Of a stretch of 64,000 nt of DNA, positions 8,840 to 19,466 are shown in pieces (within the stretch, counting starts at the first letter, position 1; the number at the start of each line of letters is the position of its first letter). A model generated the notes under the pieces. It made no database searches. It had not been told where the DNA came from and was given only the letters and a program-made list of their open reading frames with translations. This DNA comes from an uncultured Candidatus Saccharibacteria bacterium. Lineage in GTDB: Bacteria > Patescibacteriota > Saccharimonadia > Saccharimonadales > UBA10212. The DNA is taken from the NCBI GenBank assembly GCA_964460855.1, contig CAYWQH010000006.1, forward strand, positions 3,232-67,231, in the 5' to 3' direction. The translations under genes were made by a program, and so were the position numbers.

Positions 8840-10752
8840 TGGCTTTCGGTAGGAAAAAGCAGCAAGTCGACCCGATACTGCTGGCCCAGCAGCAGCAGAT
8901 GCGCGAGCAGGCCGAAGTTTCGCAGGCTTTCCAAAAAGGCATTACCGCGCTGCGCGATTTTATCGCCCCCAGCTCGCTGGTATTTAACAGCACGTCCTTC
9001 CAGCTGGGCACGCGTTATGCCCGGACTTACTTCGTATATATGTACCCCCGGCAAATTTATACCGGCTGGCTGAGCGGCATGGTTAACCTCGACGAAATCA
9101 TGGATTTATCGATAATCGTTTATCCGGTTAACAGCCAGGTCGTGTTGGAAAACCTGCGCAAAAAAGTCGGGCAGTTAGAAGCCGGCATCCAGATAGACGC
9201 CGAAAAAGGCCGGGTGCGCGACCCCGGCAAACAGGCGGCCATTTTAGACGCCGAAGAAATGCGCGACAAGCTGCAAGTGGGCGAAGAGCGCTTTTTCCGT
9301 TTTGGCATGTACTTTACGCTGTACGGGCATTCGATGGACGAGTTGGAATTTGTGTGCCATAAGGTTGAGTCGATGCTCGGCCAGCAATTGATATATTCCA
9401 AGCCGGCCACCGCCCAGCAGGAACAGGCTTTCAACAGCACGGCGCCGCAGTTTTTAGACCAGCTGCAAATTTACCGCAACATGAACACCGGGGCAATCAG
9501 CACCAGTTTTCCGTTTACCTCGGCTGATCTCAGCGACGACCACGGCATATTATATGGAATCAACATGCACAACTCCGGGCTGGTTATTTTTGACCGCTTC
9601 AGCTTAGAGAACGGCAACGCGGTAGTATTTGCCAAATCCGGCGCCGGCAAAAGTTTTACGGTTAAGCTCGAAGCCCTGCGCAGCATGATGCTGGGCACCG
9701 AAATATTTATTATCGACCCCGAAAACGAATACCAGCGGATGTGCGATGCCGTCGGCGGCGCTTATGTGCGCCTCAGCCTTAACAGCCCGACCCGCATAAA
9801 CCCGTTTGACCTGCCCAAAGTTATCGACGCCGAAGAAGCCGACAACGCGCTGCGCTCGAACTTAATTACGCTGCACGGGCTGCTGCGGCTGATGATGGGC
9901 GGGGCGGTGGCCCAAATCAGCCAAACTGGCGGCTCCCAAACGGTGCCGGCCCTAACGCCGGCTGAAGAAGCCGACCTCGATGCCGCCTTAATTGAAACTT
10001 ATGCTAAAGCCGGCATCACCAACGACCCGCTGACCCATGCCTCGCAGCCGCCGACTGTTACTGATTTATATGAAACGCTGCTGCACATGGGCGGCACCGG
10101 GCCGCAGCTGGCCCAGCGCCTGCGCAAATACACCAGCGGGACTTTCGCCGGTATTTTCAGCCAGCAAAGCAACATCAATATTAATAACCCGATGGTGGTA
10201 TTTAATATCCGCGACCTCGAAGACGAGCTTCGGCCGGTAGCCATGTATATCGTGCTGAACTTTATTTGGAATAAAACCAAAGCCGACCAAAAGCGCCGGA
10301 TGCTGGTGGTTGACGAAGCCTGGCAGTTAATGAAATACGAAGACAGCGCCAACTTTTTGTTCAGCCTGGCTAAACGGGCCCGCAAATACAACTTGGGCAT
10401 TACCACCATTACCCAGGACGTCGAAGACTTTATGGGCAGCCGCATGGGCCGGGCCATCGTAGCCAATGCCAGCATGCAAATTTTACTTAAGCAATCGACC
10501 AGCGCCGTAGACGTGCTGGCCGACGTATTTAAATTAACCAGCGAAGAGCGCAAACGCTTAAGCCAGTTCCCGGTCGGGCAGGGCCTGTTCTTTGCCGGCC
10601 AAAACCATGTCCATATCCAAATTGCCGCCAGCCCTACCGAAGCCGGCCTGATAACAACTAACCCCCAGCAGGTCCAGCAAATCCAAGCCGGCGAAATTGA
10701 CCAGCCGCAAGGCACAATCGACCTGAGCAACCAGCTGACGCCTGGGGTATAA
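8839..10752 (+). CDS. virB4: VirB4/TraE-like T4SS ATPase
   Basis: Walker A AKSGAGKS, IIDPENEY, Walker B LVVDEAW, KRARKY...TQDVEDF. Confidence 0.9.
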   Translation: MAFGRKKQQVDPILLAQQQQMREQAEVSQAFQKGITALRDFIAPSSLVFNSTSFQLGTRYARTYFVYMYPRQIYTGWLSGMVNLDEIMDLSIIVYPVNSQVVLENLRKKVGQLEAGIQIDAEKGRVRDPGKQAAILDAEEMRDKLQVGEERFFRFGMYFTLYGHSMDELEFVCHKVESMLGQQLIYSKPATAQQEQAFNSTAPQFLDQLQIYRNMNTGAISTSFPFTSADLSDDHGILYGINMHNSGLVIFDRFSLENGNAVVFAKSGAGKSFTVKLEALRSMMLGTEIFIIDPENEYQRMCDAVGGAYVRLSLNSPTRINPFDLPKVIDAEEADNALRSNLITLHGLLRLMMGGAVAQISQTGGSQTVPALTPAEEADLDAALIETYAKAGITNDPLTHASQPPTVTDLYETLLHMGGTGPQLAQRLRKYTSGTFAGIFSQQSNININNPMVVFNIRDLEDELRPVAMYIVLNFIWNKTKADQKRRMLVVDEAWQLMKYEDSANFLFSLAKRARKYNLGITTITQDVEDFMGSRMGRAIVANASMQILLKQSTSAVDVLADVFKLTSEERKRLSQFPVGQGLFFAGQNHVHIQIAASPTEAGLITTNPQQVQQIQAGEIDQPQGTIDLSNQLTPGV

Positions 10753-10777
10753 TTAAGCAAAATGAGAGGGTATAAAA

Positions 10778-13700
10778 GTGGCGGTGCCAGACTCGCAGCC
10801 GAGCATCGATCCGGAAGAGCCTGAAAACCAGGGCCACCCGGAAGAGGATTTTAGCGAAGCGCTAGATAAAAAATACGCTTCGCCGCTGGACCGTGACCCC
10901 GAAACCAGTGATGATGACGATGATAGCGGCGGCGGAGACCAAAGCGAAGGCGGCGATGCCGGTTCCGGCGGAAAAGACGCGGCCGAAAAAGGCGAAGACA
11001 AAAAAGAGGCCGCCGACAACCAGGTAGGCCGTGGCTATACCAAAAGCAAAAAACCAGACGACAAGAAAAAGGGCGGTTTTGGCTCGATGTCGGGAAATCG
11101 CAAGTGGCTGCTGGGCGCCGGCATTGGCGGCAGCATAGTGGCGATAATAATTTCCATTATTTTTGGCTACCTCAGCATTTTTAAACTGGACGGCATAGTG
11201 AGCAATGTCGACCAAAAAGCTTTTATACGCTATAACTCGGCGTCCGACAAGCGCTCCGACAAATGGTTGCGCAGCTACTTTATACTGCGGCTGACCCAGC
11301 TAGAGGGCAACGGCGTCGACCCCGACAGCGAATACTTCAGGGCCCATAAAGTTGATACCAACAACCCGGTCCGCGACTGGTACCACACCATGCGCACCAG
11401 CCGGTTCGAAGCCGATTTGGCTAAGCAGGGGGTAGTAATCGCGACCCGTCCCGGCCAGGACGGCCTGCAATTCCACGTGCTGCAAGTAGACGGCAAGGAC
11501 TTTGCCGGTCTGGACGCCAAAGACGTGCGCAAAGGCAAAATAGAGGAACTGCTGAGATCCGGCGATGCCGGCACCTTAAACCGGGTTGATATTGATTTTA
11601 ATAAACCGGGCGCCAGCAAAGAAGCCCGGGCGGTTATTAAAAAAATCGTTAACGAAAACACCCAAGGCGCTAATGTGCTTAAAAAGCGGCAGCTGCGCAA
11701 AGCCATCGCCAACATGACCGGCGTCCGCGACTGGACCTTTTTCGAAAAAACCAAGGACAAAGCCCGTAACAAAAAAATAGATATCCGCGATAAGATTGTC
11801 AGCAAAGCCATCCCCAAAAATATCAGGGCCGGCAAATTCGTGCGCTGCCTGTTCGGCATCGACTCCAGCTGCCACTACAGCGCCGACCCCAGCGACCCAG
11901 CCAATGGAGCGCCCAATGAAGAACTGACCGGCACGCCGGAACCAGGCCATGACGGCGTTAAAGACCCTAAAACCGGCAATATTATCCCGTTTGGCGATAC
12001 GGCCACTATATTGAAGCAAATTATTAGCAAAGCAAACGTGGTGCTGGCCGCCGCTAATGTTGTTGGGACGCTAGACGTTCTAGCCCACCTGCACGACGCC
12101 GTCCATAACCAGCAGCTCAGCAAAATGGTTTCAGTAGCCCGCGGCACCCAGGCCATGGGCCTGTACCAGGTTTTCGAAACCAGCCGCGACCAGGTAAAAT
12201 CCGGCGAGCTGACCGGTGACGAAATGAACAGCATGCTGCAAGTAGTGGGCTCAGCCGGCAGCAGCGAAGGCTGGAGCAAAGTAATGGACGGCAACGGGGC
12301 GGGCAATACCGCCCAAAGCGACAGCGGCAAAGTATACGCTGCCTCAAATATTGACCCTACGGACGGCTCGAACCGAGATAAATATTGTTCGGCCGAGCAC
12401 CAGGCCTGGATTACCAAGAAAGAAAACCTCGTAGCCGCCAATAAGGAATACCATTATTTATGCCCGTCCAAGCAAATTGGCGGGGCATCGAACGCCAGCG
12501 ACATCGAAAGCGCTTACAATAGCAGTATCGGCCCGGTCGTCGACCCGTTGGTGGGCGCCTATAACGACGCCCGCGGCCTGCCTTTAATAGGCGGGCTTCT
12601 AACTATAGTCAATAGCGTATCCAATTGGCTGACCAGCCAGATATCGGGAGTGATTGGAAACATCCTTAGTACTTTAGGATTGCAAGATAATATAGACGAG
12701 TTAATGAAGTGGGTAATCGGGGAAGTCAGCGGTTTTTTGGGGGCCGGACCGATATTGCAAGAAGATACTACGCACGCCACCCCGGCAGGAGTGTATATGA
12801 ACTGGCTCATCCAGGGCGGGGCCTACTCGGCCGAAGCCGGCTCGCGTTTTATGGGCGCTAACGCTACAACCAGCCAAAGCAAAGCCCAGGCCGAATCCAA
12901 TGTAAATAGCTACAGCGCCAGCCAGTTCGCCAGCCAAAGCACTTTCCAAAAATACTTTGCCATAACTAATACAAACTCTTTGCTAGGTAAAGTCGCGTTT
13001 TCGGCCGTTGAAAATAACCAGTCTAAAGGGGCCTTGTTCGTAAGCGTATTCCATTCCGTGCCGCGCCTGTTTGCCGCTGCCTTCAGCCTGCCGTTCCATA
13101 GCGCCCGGGCGGCCGCCAATAACCCTTATGCCGCTTCTAACTTTGCCGGCATCCAAACCTACGACTGGCCGCAAGAATGCTACGACCTCGACCCGCTGGA
13201 CGACAGCCCGCAAAGCGGCACAAACATTACGCAAGTTCTTCACAATGTGAACCCGAACGAACTAACTTGGGACTTGGTTAATAATTCCGAGAACTTTTAT
13301 AAGTTCGTATACGATAAAATCGGCAACGACCCCAACGCCGACGACACCGCCAAGAAAATATATAACTGCCACTTGCTGGACACCGGCGTGCGCGGCAGCC
13401 TCGGCAATATATACGGCTACACTAATGACAACGGCCTGGAAGACAGCCAGGCGTCGTCCGACCAGACTAACCCGACGGACAGCGGCGGATCCGGCGTGTC
13501 GCCGGACGGGTTTGTATTCCCGCAAGTCACCACCAAAGCTTCCCTTAAAGCACACGGCTGGAACCCGGATTGTGTTAATCCAATCTCTTCAATGGGCCCA
13601 GGCGACCGCAGTGACTTATGCCACCACGACTACCTTGCTGCCGACATTTTTAACGCTACCGGTACGAAAGTCGTAGCCGTGCGGCCGGGCCGCATCGTTA

Positions 13701-14041
13701 GCGCCCACGACTCCGGTTCGATCGGTATGACAGTAAGGTTATATAGCGACAAGGCGCTGGGCGGCGACGGTTTGTGGTATTACTTCGCTCATATGCTCAA
13801 ATCGAGCGAAGGCGGAAAAGGGCCTAACGGCGGGCTGTTTGTAAATGTTGGCGACGTGGTTAAAGCCGGCGACCAGCTTGGCCAGGTCGGCACCGACGCC
13901 GACGCCGAAGGTACGCCATCGCATACCCACTTTGACGTAAGCCCGGTAGAGAATGGCTTCCACCGCGGATTTGACGGGACGGCCGGGCCGCTGCTTGACC
14001 CCCAACCAGCATTAAAAGCGGCATATCAGGCGCTGCCATAA
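10778..14041 (+). CDS. large membrane-anchored protein with a C-terminal M23 peptidase domain
   Basis: acidic N-terminus, one TM (aa ~110-133), C-terminal AADIF..GTKVVAV.PG...YYFAHM...V.VGDVVKAGDQLG.VG......HTHF. Confidence 0.75.
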   Translation: MAVPDSQPSIDPEEPENQGHPEEDFSEALDKKYASPLDRDPETSDDDDDSGGGDQSEGGDAGSGGKDAAEKGEDKKEAADNQVGRGYTKSKKPDDKKKGGFGSMSGNRKWLLGAGIGGSIVAIIISIIFGYLSIFKLDGIVSNVDQKAFIRYNSASDKRSDKWLRSYFILRLTQLEGNGVDPDSEYFRAHKVDTNNPVRDWYHTMRTSRFEADLAKQGVVIATRPGQDGLQFHVLQVDGKDFAGLDAKDVRKGKIEELLRSGDAGTLNRVDIDFNKPGASKEARAVIKKIVNENTQGANVLKKRQLRKAIANMTGVRDWTFFEKTKDKARNKKIDIRDKIVSKAIPKNIRAGKFVRCLFGIDSSCHYSADPSDPANGAPNEELTGTPEPGHDGVKDPKTGNIIPFGDTATILKQIISKANVVLAAANVVGTLDVLAHLHDAVHNQQLSKMVSVARGTQAMGLYQVFETSRDQVKSGELTGDEMNSMLQVVGSAGSSEGWSKVMDGNGAGNTAQSDSGKVYAASNIDPTDGSNRDKYCSAEHQAWITKKENLVAANKEYHYLCPSKQIGGASNASDIESAYNSSIGPVVDPLVGAYNDARGLPLIGGLLTIVNSVSNWLTSQISGVIGNILSTLGLQDNIDELMKWVIGEVSGFLGAGPILQEDTTHATPAGVYMNWLIQGGAYSAEAGSRFMGANATTSQSKAQAESNVNSYSASQFASQSTFQKYFAITNTNSLLGKVAFSAVENNQSKGALFVSVFHSVPRLFAAAFSLPFHSARAAANNPYAASNFAGIQTYDWPQECYDLDPLDDSPQSGTNITQVLHNVNPNELTWDLVNNSENFYKFVYDKIGNDPNADDTAKKIYNCHLLDTGVRGSLGNIYGYTNDNGLEDSQASSDQTNPTDSGGSGVSPDGFVFPQVTTKASLKAHGWNPDCVNPISSMGPGDRSDLCHHDYLAADIFNATGTKVVAVRPGRIVSAHDSGSIGMTVRLYSDKALGGDGLWYYFAHMLKSSEGGKGPNGGLFVNVGDVVKAGDQLGQVGTDADAEGTPSHTHFDVSPVENGFHRGFDGTAGPLLDPQPALKAAYQALP

Positions 14042-14042
14042 T

Positions 14043-15932
14043 ATGAAAAACTTATCTTCTTATATTAATAAGCGTTACCTGGTGGCCGGCATGTCGCTAA
14101 TATATTTATTTGCCTTCAGCTCCCCGGTGTTCGCAGCAACCGATCCTTATAAAGCGCTGCAGTGGCCGTTTTACGATCCGGGCTGCGGCAGTACAGCTGA
14201 TACAACTCCGGTTAGCGACGCGCATACTGATTTAAATTACCCTACCACGCTTCAGGACACGGCCATAATAAAAGCCATCATCGATTATATCCGCGGCGCG
14301 TTCCCTAAAAGCACTTTTTTATCTAATCCGGCGGGCGCAGACGTGACAATTACGTCGTTAGTGGCCAGCGCAAAAAAGAATAACGTCAGCCCCTTTATTG
14401 TCGTGGCCATTGCCCAGAAGGAAAGCCAGTTAGGCGACCCGGTCGACTTTAACGTCAGCCACGGCAATAACTCATTCGGCCGCACTGCCGCCCCTGGCCA
14501 GCCGAGCTTCCAGGGCTCGCACACCTGGTATAAATGGGAATCTATAAAAGCCAGCGTGGATTATACCGACCCCTCCAACCGCGGGCAAAAAGCCGGCGAC
14601 GAAGTATCGTTTTTGCGCTCAGTCTACGGCGACACGATTGATTCCGGCGACCTGACGCAAATGATCAGCCGCTACGCCCCGCAATCCGACGGCAACGATA
14701 CGGCCGGCTATATAACCCAAGTTCAGGCAATGTTGGATAAATTAACTAAAGCTTCCGGCGGCGCCGGCACTGATATTTCTTCTACCGGCAACAGTACCGA
14801 TAGTACCGGCAGCTGCGCCTGTCCGGCCAGCTCCAGCACGGCCGCAAACACCGACGTCGCAGCCGGAATCGGCAAAGGCATGACCGCCAATGCCCAAAAG
14901 AAATTCAAAGATATACTAGCCGGTGCCGGTGGCAAATTTAAAGTCGCGCCCGAATTTATAGCGTCCTTTTACTATGCCGAAAATTCCCGCACCGACGACT
15001 CTACCAATAACGCCGACTCGGCCCAGCCGCCGCCGGTTACCGGTAATGGAAAATGGCGCGAGCCGGCGCCACCGTACGGCACTGGCGCGGCCTATGACAG
15101 GAACGGCTTTACGGCTTCCGGCCCGTTCCAGTTTATTGATTCGACCTGGGCCAGCTTTAAAGTTGACGGCAACGGCGACGGCAAAGCCGACGTAAACGAC
15201 TTGGCCGACGCCACCTACGGCGCGGCTAAATATTTGGCGTCTAATGGCGGCGTAGTGGGGGCTTCCGATAAGAAATTACGCGACGCCGCATTCCTATACA
15301 ACCACAGCTCTACTTATGTGGATTCGGTAATGAATACTTATAAATATTTAAAGAATGGCAGTACAACTACAGCTTCGGCATCCGGTACAACTACTGACTG
15401 TAGCAGCGCGTCTTCAACTGATACTACGGGTTATAAAAATCCGCTGCGGGATGTTAAAAACCTGGTGCCGGAGCGCGATGACCAAGGTGTAGACTACGCC
15501 GGCAGCGGGCCAATTTACGCCATCGGGACCGGCATGATTAACTATATAAAATATTTCGCAGATTCGGGTTGGCCGCCAAAACCAGCGGGCACCTTCATCA
15601 ACTACACGCTCAAAGGCGGTAAAGCCGATGGAAAATCCGTATATGTGGCCGAAAACTGCGCGCCGCCCAAGGTAAAGTTAGTAGTAGGCGATACGGTGCA
15701 TAACGACACCATTCTGTGCAACCTAATAGACGCCAGCCCGCATATGGAAATTGGCTGGGCGAAGCCCGGCCAAGGCGAAGCCTATGCCCATAACATTTAT
15801 ACTGAAGGCGATTTAACCGCTTACGGCTTAAACTTTTCGCAGTTCCTGGAAAGTTTAGGCGCGCCCCCCGGCACTACCTTCAACGGGCCGGTAGTCGGAA
15901 CTTTAGAATCGGGTTGGCCACAATGGAAGTAG
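14043..15932 (+). CDS. secreted multi-domain muralytic enzyme (lysozyme-fold + lytic transglycosylase + M23-like), VirB1 analogue
   Basis: signal peptide; AIAQKESQLG...NNSFG; ASGPFQFIDSTW...DGNGDG...AAKYL...YNHS; DQGVDY...PHMEIG; Ser/Thr linkers between domains. Confidence 0.75.
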   Translation: MKNLSSYINKRYLVAGMSLIYLFAFSSPVFAATDPYKALQWPFYDPGCGSTADTTPVSDAHTDLNYPTTLQDTAIIKAIIDYIRGAFPKSTFLSNPAGADVTITSLVASAKKNNVSPFIVVAIAQKESQLGDPVDFNVSHGNNSFGRTAAPGQPSFQGSHTWYKWESIKASVDYTDPSNRGQKAGDEVSFLRSVYGDTIDSGDLTQMISRYAPQSDGNDTAGYITQVQAMLDKLTKASGGAGTDISSTGNSTDSTGSCACPASSSTAANTDVAAGIGKGMTANAQKKFKDILAGAGGKFKVAPEFIASFYYAENSRTDDSTNNADSAQPPPVTGNGKWREPAPPYGTGAAYDRNGFTASGPFQFIDSTWASFKVDGNGDGKADVNDLADATYGAAKYLASNGGVVGASDKKLRDAAFLYNHSSTYVDSVMNTYKYLKNGSTTTASASGTTTDCSSASSTDTTGYKNPLRDVKNLVPERDDQGVDYAGSGPIYAIGTGMINYIKYFADSGWPPKPAGTFINYTLKGGKADGKSVYVAENCAPPKVKLVVGDTVHNDTILCNLIDASPHMEIGWAKPGQGEAYAHNIYTEGDLTAYGLNFSQFLESLGAPPGTTFNGPVVGTLESGWPQWK

Positions 15933-15939
15933 GTAAACA

Positions 15940-17313
15940 ATGAACGAACCAAACCCTTTAAGAAAAATTATAAGATGGGGCATTATAGCTGTCGCAGCAC
16001 TGCTGGTTTTATATCTACTTGTTTATTTCTTAACTAGCGGTACGGTTACGGTAAATACATCAGACGCCTCAAACTCCATTAACGTAAGCGTACTGGGGGC
16101 CGAAGAAAAGCTGGCAAAACCAGTAAAAGCACAGCATAAAACTTTCCGCCTCAAAGCCGGTGATTACTCAGTGGTTGTAAGCAACGGCTCCAACAAATCG
16201 GCCCAAGCTATAAAAGTATCTGCCCTCAAAAAGCAAGAAATTACTTTAAATCCAGCCGCTGCGCTTGCCGTCGAGCCAGTAATCTCCCGCGACGCCGGCA
16301 GTATAAACCCCCGGCAATCTTCATTAAAATTCCTGGACCTTGGCCTGAGTACTGTCATAAATATCGGCAATAATAATAGCTTTACGGCCCCTTATAAGGG
16401 CGTCGAATTAAGCCAAGTTGCCTGGGCAGGCGATACGGGCGCGGCCCGCGACCCGAAAGGCCAATTAATAACGATCAATAATAACAGCGCCAGGCCAACC
16501 GGGATATTTGGCGTTGATGATGTCGGCGCTTCAACCAATGGAAACGCCTATTACACGAAAGGTAAAGATTTATTCCTGTTTAAGCCTACCGGGGACGGCA
16601 CCAAAATATACAGTTCCGACGAACAGGATTTCAGCTTCTATAATGGCCTGAATAAAGTTGTTATAACTGAAGGCGGCGGCAACAAAGGTAAATCTTCTAG
16701 CAACACCGTAAAACTTATCGACCAAACTGGCGCTGTCTCAAAACATTCAGTTGCCCAGGGTTACTTTAGCTGGGCAGGCGAAGATAAAGCGGTGTTCGCC
16801 GGCGGAGCTAATTATTCTCAATTATTAAGCGGCAGCTTGGACCCCCAAGCTAAAATATACGGCCAAAGCCGGGTAGCCGCCTGGCTGGGAGATGACGTTT
16901 ATTACGGGGTAGCTGATGAGCTTTGGAAATATTCAACAACCACTAGCCAAAGCAGCCTTATCGCCAATATGCCTTTCTCTGATAAAATCCTCGAAATCGC
17001 CCCGGAACCAGGCGGAAAATCAATCTATCTAATTACTCAGGCGGGCAGCGGGGATACCGAAATAAAGCGGGTTAATTTAACTGGTAAGGCAGTTAGTGAT
17101 AACTTATCTAAGCTGCAGTCTGTGTTGCCGTTAGAGCTGCCATTCTGCAACGTAAGCCTTTTGAATTACGCGGCTCCGGCTATACTCATGTCGCCGACTT
17201 CGGATATGCCAATTAGTTATTGCCAGAACCAGGCTTTAACGGAGTTCCAGGACCGGGGTATTAACGCAGCCGGTTTGCAATTTACGCCGGAGGAATCTAT
17301 CCCAAGGGAATAA
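15940..17313 (+). CDS. membrane-anchored beta-rich protein (PEGA-like N-domain, probable propeller)
   Basis: single N-terminal TM, L.AGDYSVVVS motif, repeated short beta-strand segments; last gene of the T4SS operon. Confidence 0.5.
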   Translation: MNEPNPLRKIIRWGIIAVAALLVLYLLVYFLTSGTVTVNTSDASNSINVSVLGAEEKLAKPVKAQHKTFRLKAGDYSVVVSNGSNKSAQAIKVSALKKQEITLNPAAALAVEPVISRDAGSINPRQSSLKFLDLGLSTVINIGNNNSFTAPYKGVELSQVAWAGDTGAARDPKGQLITINNNSARPTGIFGVDDVGASTNGNAYYTKGKDLFLFKPTGDGTKIYSSDEQDFSFYNGLNKVVITEGGGNKGKSSSNTVKLIDQTGAVSKHSVAQGYFSWAGEDKAVFAGGANYSQLLSGSLDPQAKIYGQSRVAAWLGDDVYYGVADELWKYSTTTSQSSLIANMPFSDKILEIAPEPGGKSIYLITQAGSGDTEIKRVNLTGKAVSDNLSKLQSVLPLELPFCNVSLLNYAAPAILMSPTSDMPISYCQNQALTEFQDRGINAAGLQFTPEESIPRE

Positions 17314-18355
17314 GTTTATGGCCTGTCGTAAAGTTTTTTATTACGGCGTCGGCGTCGGTGGTAGTAATGAAGCTTTGGTGGTTTTTGAGGTGGGCAACAA
17401 GGTAGCGGCGGCGCGAGCCGTCGAGCTCGCTGAAAACATCGTCTAAAAGCAGTATCGGCTTTTGGCCGCGGGCTTGTTCTACTAAATCCAGTTCGAATAT
17501 TTTGAGGGCCAAAAGCGTGGTGCGGCTTTCGCCGCGGCTGGCGGTGGTACCGGCCGGCTGGCCGTTAAGCTCGAATATAATATCGTCGCGGTGCGGCCCG
17601 GTGGTGGTAAAGCCGCGGGCAATGTCGGTGCTGACGGTTTTTTCCAGCTTAGACAGCAGCTTGCTGCGGTAATCTTCTGCGCCAATACTGCTGGAATATT
17701 TTAGGTTAACTTCGGATTTTTTATTGGCGATACTGCTGTAGCTACCGCTAATTACCTGGTTTATTTTATCCAGCAGGGCCCGGCGTTCGGCGACAATTCC
17801 GCCGGCCAGGTCGGCAAAACGGATGTTCCAAAAAAACAGCTGGTCTTTGGCGGCTGAAGGTGATTGCTTTAATAAGCTATTGCGCTGGGCCAGGGCCCGG
17901 CGGTAGTGGTTGCGCAGCGTTTTAAAAGCCGGCACGGTTTGTTCCAGCAGGTCGTCAAAATAATCGCGGCGGGTCTCCGGGCCGCGGCTCAGCAGCTGCA
18001 AATGGTTGGGTTCGAATAAAACTACCGGCAGCAGGTTTGCAAGGCGCGGCCGCCTATAAACCGAGCCGTCCACCTGGTATTCTTTGCCAATATAGTCATT
18101 GTCGCCTTTGCGAAGCTTGAGGGTGCGCTCCTGACCGTTAAAAATGCCGTCCAGCCGGGCCCAGTCGTGGCCGAAACTAATTAAATCCTGGTCGTGGCCG
18201 CGATAGCTGCCGCCGCTGGCCAGCACTAAAATAGCTTCCAATAAATTGGTTTTACCGCTGGCATTGGGGCCAACCACGATATTTACCGCCGGCTCGAACT
18301 CAAAGCTTTCATCGCCGTAGCTGCGGAACTGCTGCAACCGTAAAGTCGAAATCAT
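17297..18355 (-). CDS. recF: DNA replication/repair protein RecF
   Basis: L.QFRSY, GPNASGKTNLLEAI, GPHRDD, ASRGE, PILLLDDVFSELD; start corrected to the ATG at 18355. Confidence 0.95.
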   Translation of the reverse strand: MISTLRLQQFRSYGDESFEFEPAVNIVVGPNASGKTNLLEAILVLASGGSYRGHDQDLISFGHDWARLDGIFNGQERTLKLRKGDNDYIGKEYQVDGSVYRRPRLANLLPVVLFEPNHLQLLSRGPETRRDYFDDLLEQTVPAFKTLRNHYRRALAQRNSLLKQSPSAAKDQLFFWNIRFADLAGGIVAERRALLDKINQVISGSYSSIANKKSEVNLKYSSSIGAEDYRSKLLSKLEKTVSTDIARGFTTTGPHRDDIIFELNGQPAGTTASRGESRTTLLALKIFELDLVEQARGQKPILLLDDVFSELDGSRRRYLVAHLKNHQSFITTTDADAVIKNFTTGHKLIPLG

Positions 18356-18362
18356 TGGCTTA

Positions 18363-19448
18363 TTATGAGCGCAAGGGCATAACCAAGTGCAAGTAATCCG
18401 GCTCGGACTTACTCCGCAATACGCACGGCTCGAGCTTACCATTGAAGTTAAATTCTACTTCGTCGCTGTGTAAGCCGTTTAAACCTTCGAGCAGATACCG
18501 GGAGTTTAAAGTGACTTCGCCGCCGCCTTTGACTTCGGCCGTGGCCGTGGCCGTGTTTTCGCCGAGCTGCGAGGCCACCGAATCAACCCGCACGGCGCCT
18601 TCTTCGACGCGCAGCGTTATGCTGCCGGCGCTTTCGCGGGCGAACAAACTGGATACTTTAGTGACATTTATAAAATCGTCGCGCTGCAGCTTTGCCACGT
18701 TTTTAAAAGCAGACGGCACCAGCTTACGGTAATCGGGGTATTTGCCGTCGATTAACCGGGTAACCAACGAAACGTCGCCAATCGTAAACAACACTTGCTG
18801 GTCGTCGTGGTGGATCTGAACGTCTTCGTCACTGTCGCCGATTATCCGCAGTACGTCCTGCAGGGCGGTGGCCGGGATTAATAAAGAGACTTCGGCCTGG
18901 CTCTTACCCAGCTGTTTTTCGGCTAGCCGGTAGCTGTCTGTGGCCGCCATATAAAGTTTGCCCTCCAGGCTATGCAGGTAGATGCCAGTTAATACCGGCC
19001 GGGCGTCGTCACTACTGGCCGCGAACAAAACTTGCTGCAAGCCGCGTTTAAAGGTTTTGGCGTTAACCGACCATTCGTGGCCGTCTGAAATTGCCGGCAT
19101 AACCGGGAACTCTTCGGCATTTATGCCGTTGATAGTCGATTGGTACTGGTCGGTGGTTATTTTAAGCTTGTTGTCTTGCAGCTGCATTTGCAGCACGCCG
19201 CCGGGCAGGCTGGAAACAAAATCCTGCATCAACCGGGCTGGCACGGTAATCGAGCCGTTATCTTCAATTTTGGAGCCAATGTAGTGGGTGATGGCAATAT
19301 CTAAGTTAGTCGCGACAATACTTAGCCGGTTGTCGTGGGTTTTTAGCAGCACGTTGCTCAAAATGGGCAGGGGGTTGCGGCTGTTGGCTACCCGCGCCAC
19401 GCTATTTAAAGCCCGGGCCAGGTTTTCTTGGGTAACTTGCAGTCGCAT
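18363..19448 (-). CDS. dnaN: DNA polymerase III beta clamp
   Basis: LPILSNVLL, ATDSYRLA, RLIDGKYPDY, LVMPLR; AGGAGG Shine-Dalgarno. Confidence 0.97.
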   Translation of the reverse strand: MRLQVTQENLARALNSVARVANSRNPLPILSNVLLKTHDNRLSIVATNLDIAITHYIGSKIEDNGSITVPARLMQDFVSSLPGGVLQMQLQDNKLKITTDQYQSTINGINAEEFPVMPAISDGHEWSVNAKTFKRGLQQVLFAASSDDARPVLTGIYLHSLEGKLYMAATDSYRLAEKQLGKSQAEVSLLIPATALQDVLRIIGDSDEDVQIHHDDQQVLFTIGDVSLVTRLIDGKYPDYRKLVPSAFKNVAKLQRDDFINVTKVSSLFARESAGSITLRVEEGAVRVDSVASQLGENTATATAEVKGGGEVTLNSRYLLEGLNGLHSDEVEFNFNGKLEPCVLRSKSEPDYLHLVMPLRS

Positions 19449-19466
19449 AACTATAACTCCTCCTTC

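Noticed and set aside
4049-17313. Integrative conjugative element
   Set aside because: No integrase, relaxase or flanking direct repeats seen, and the operon abuts core origin genes
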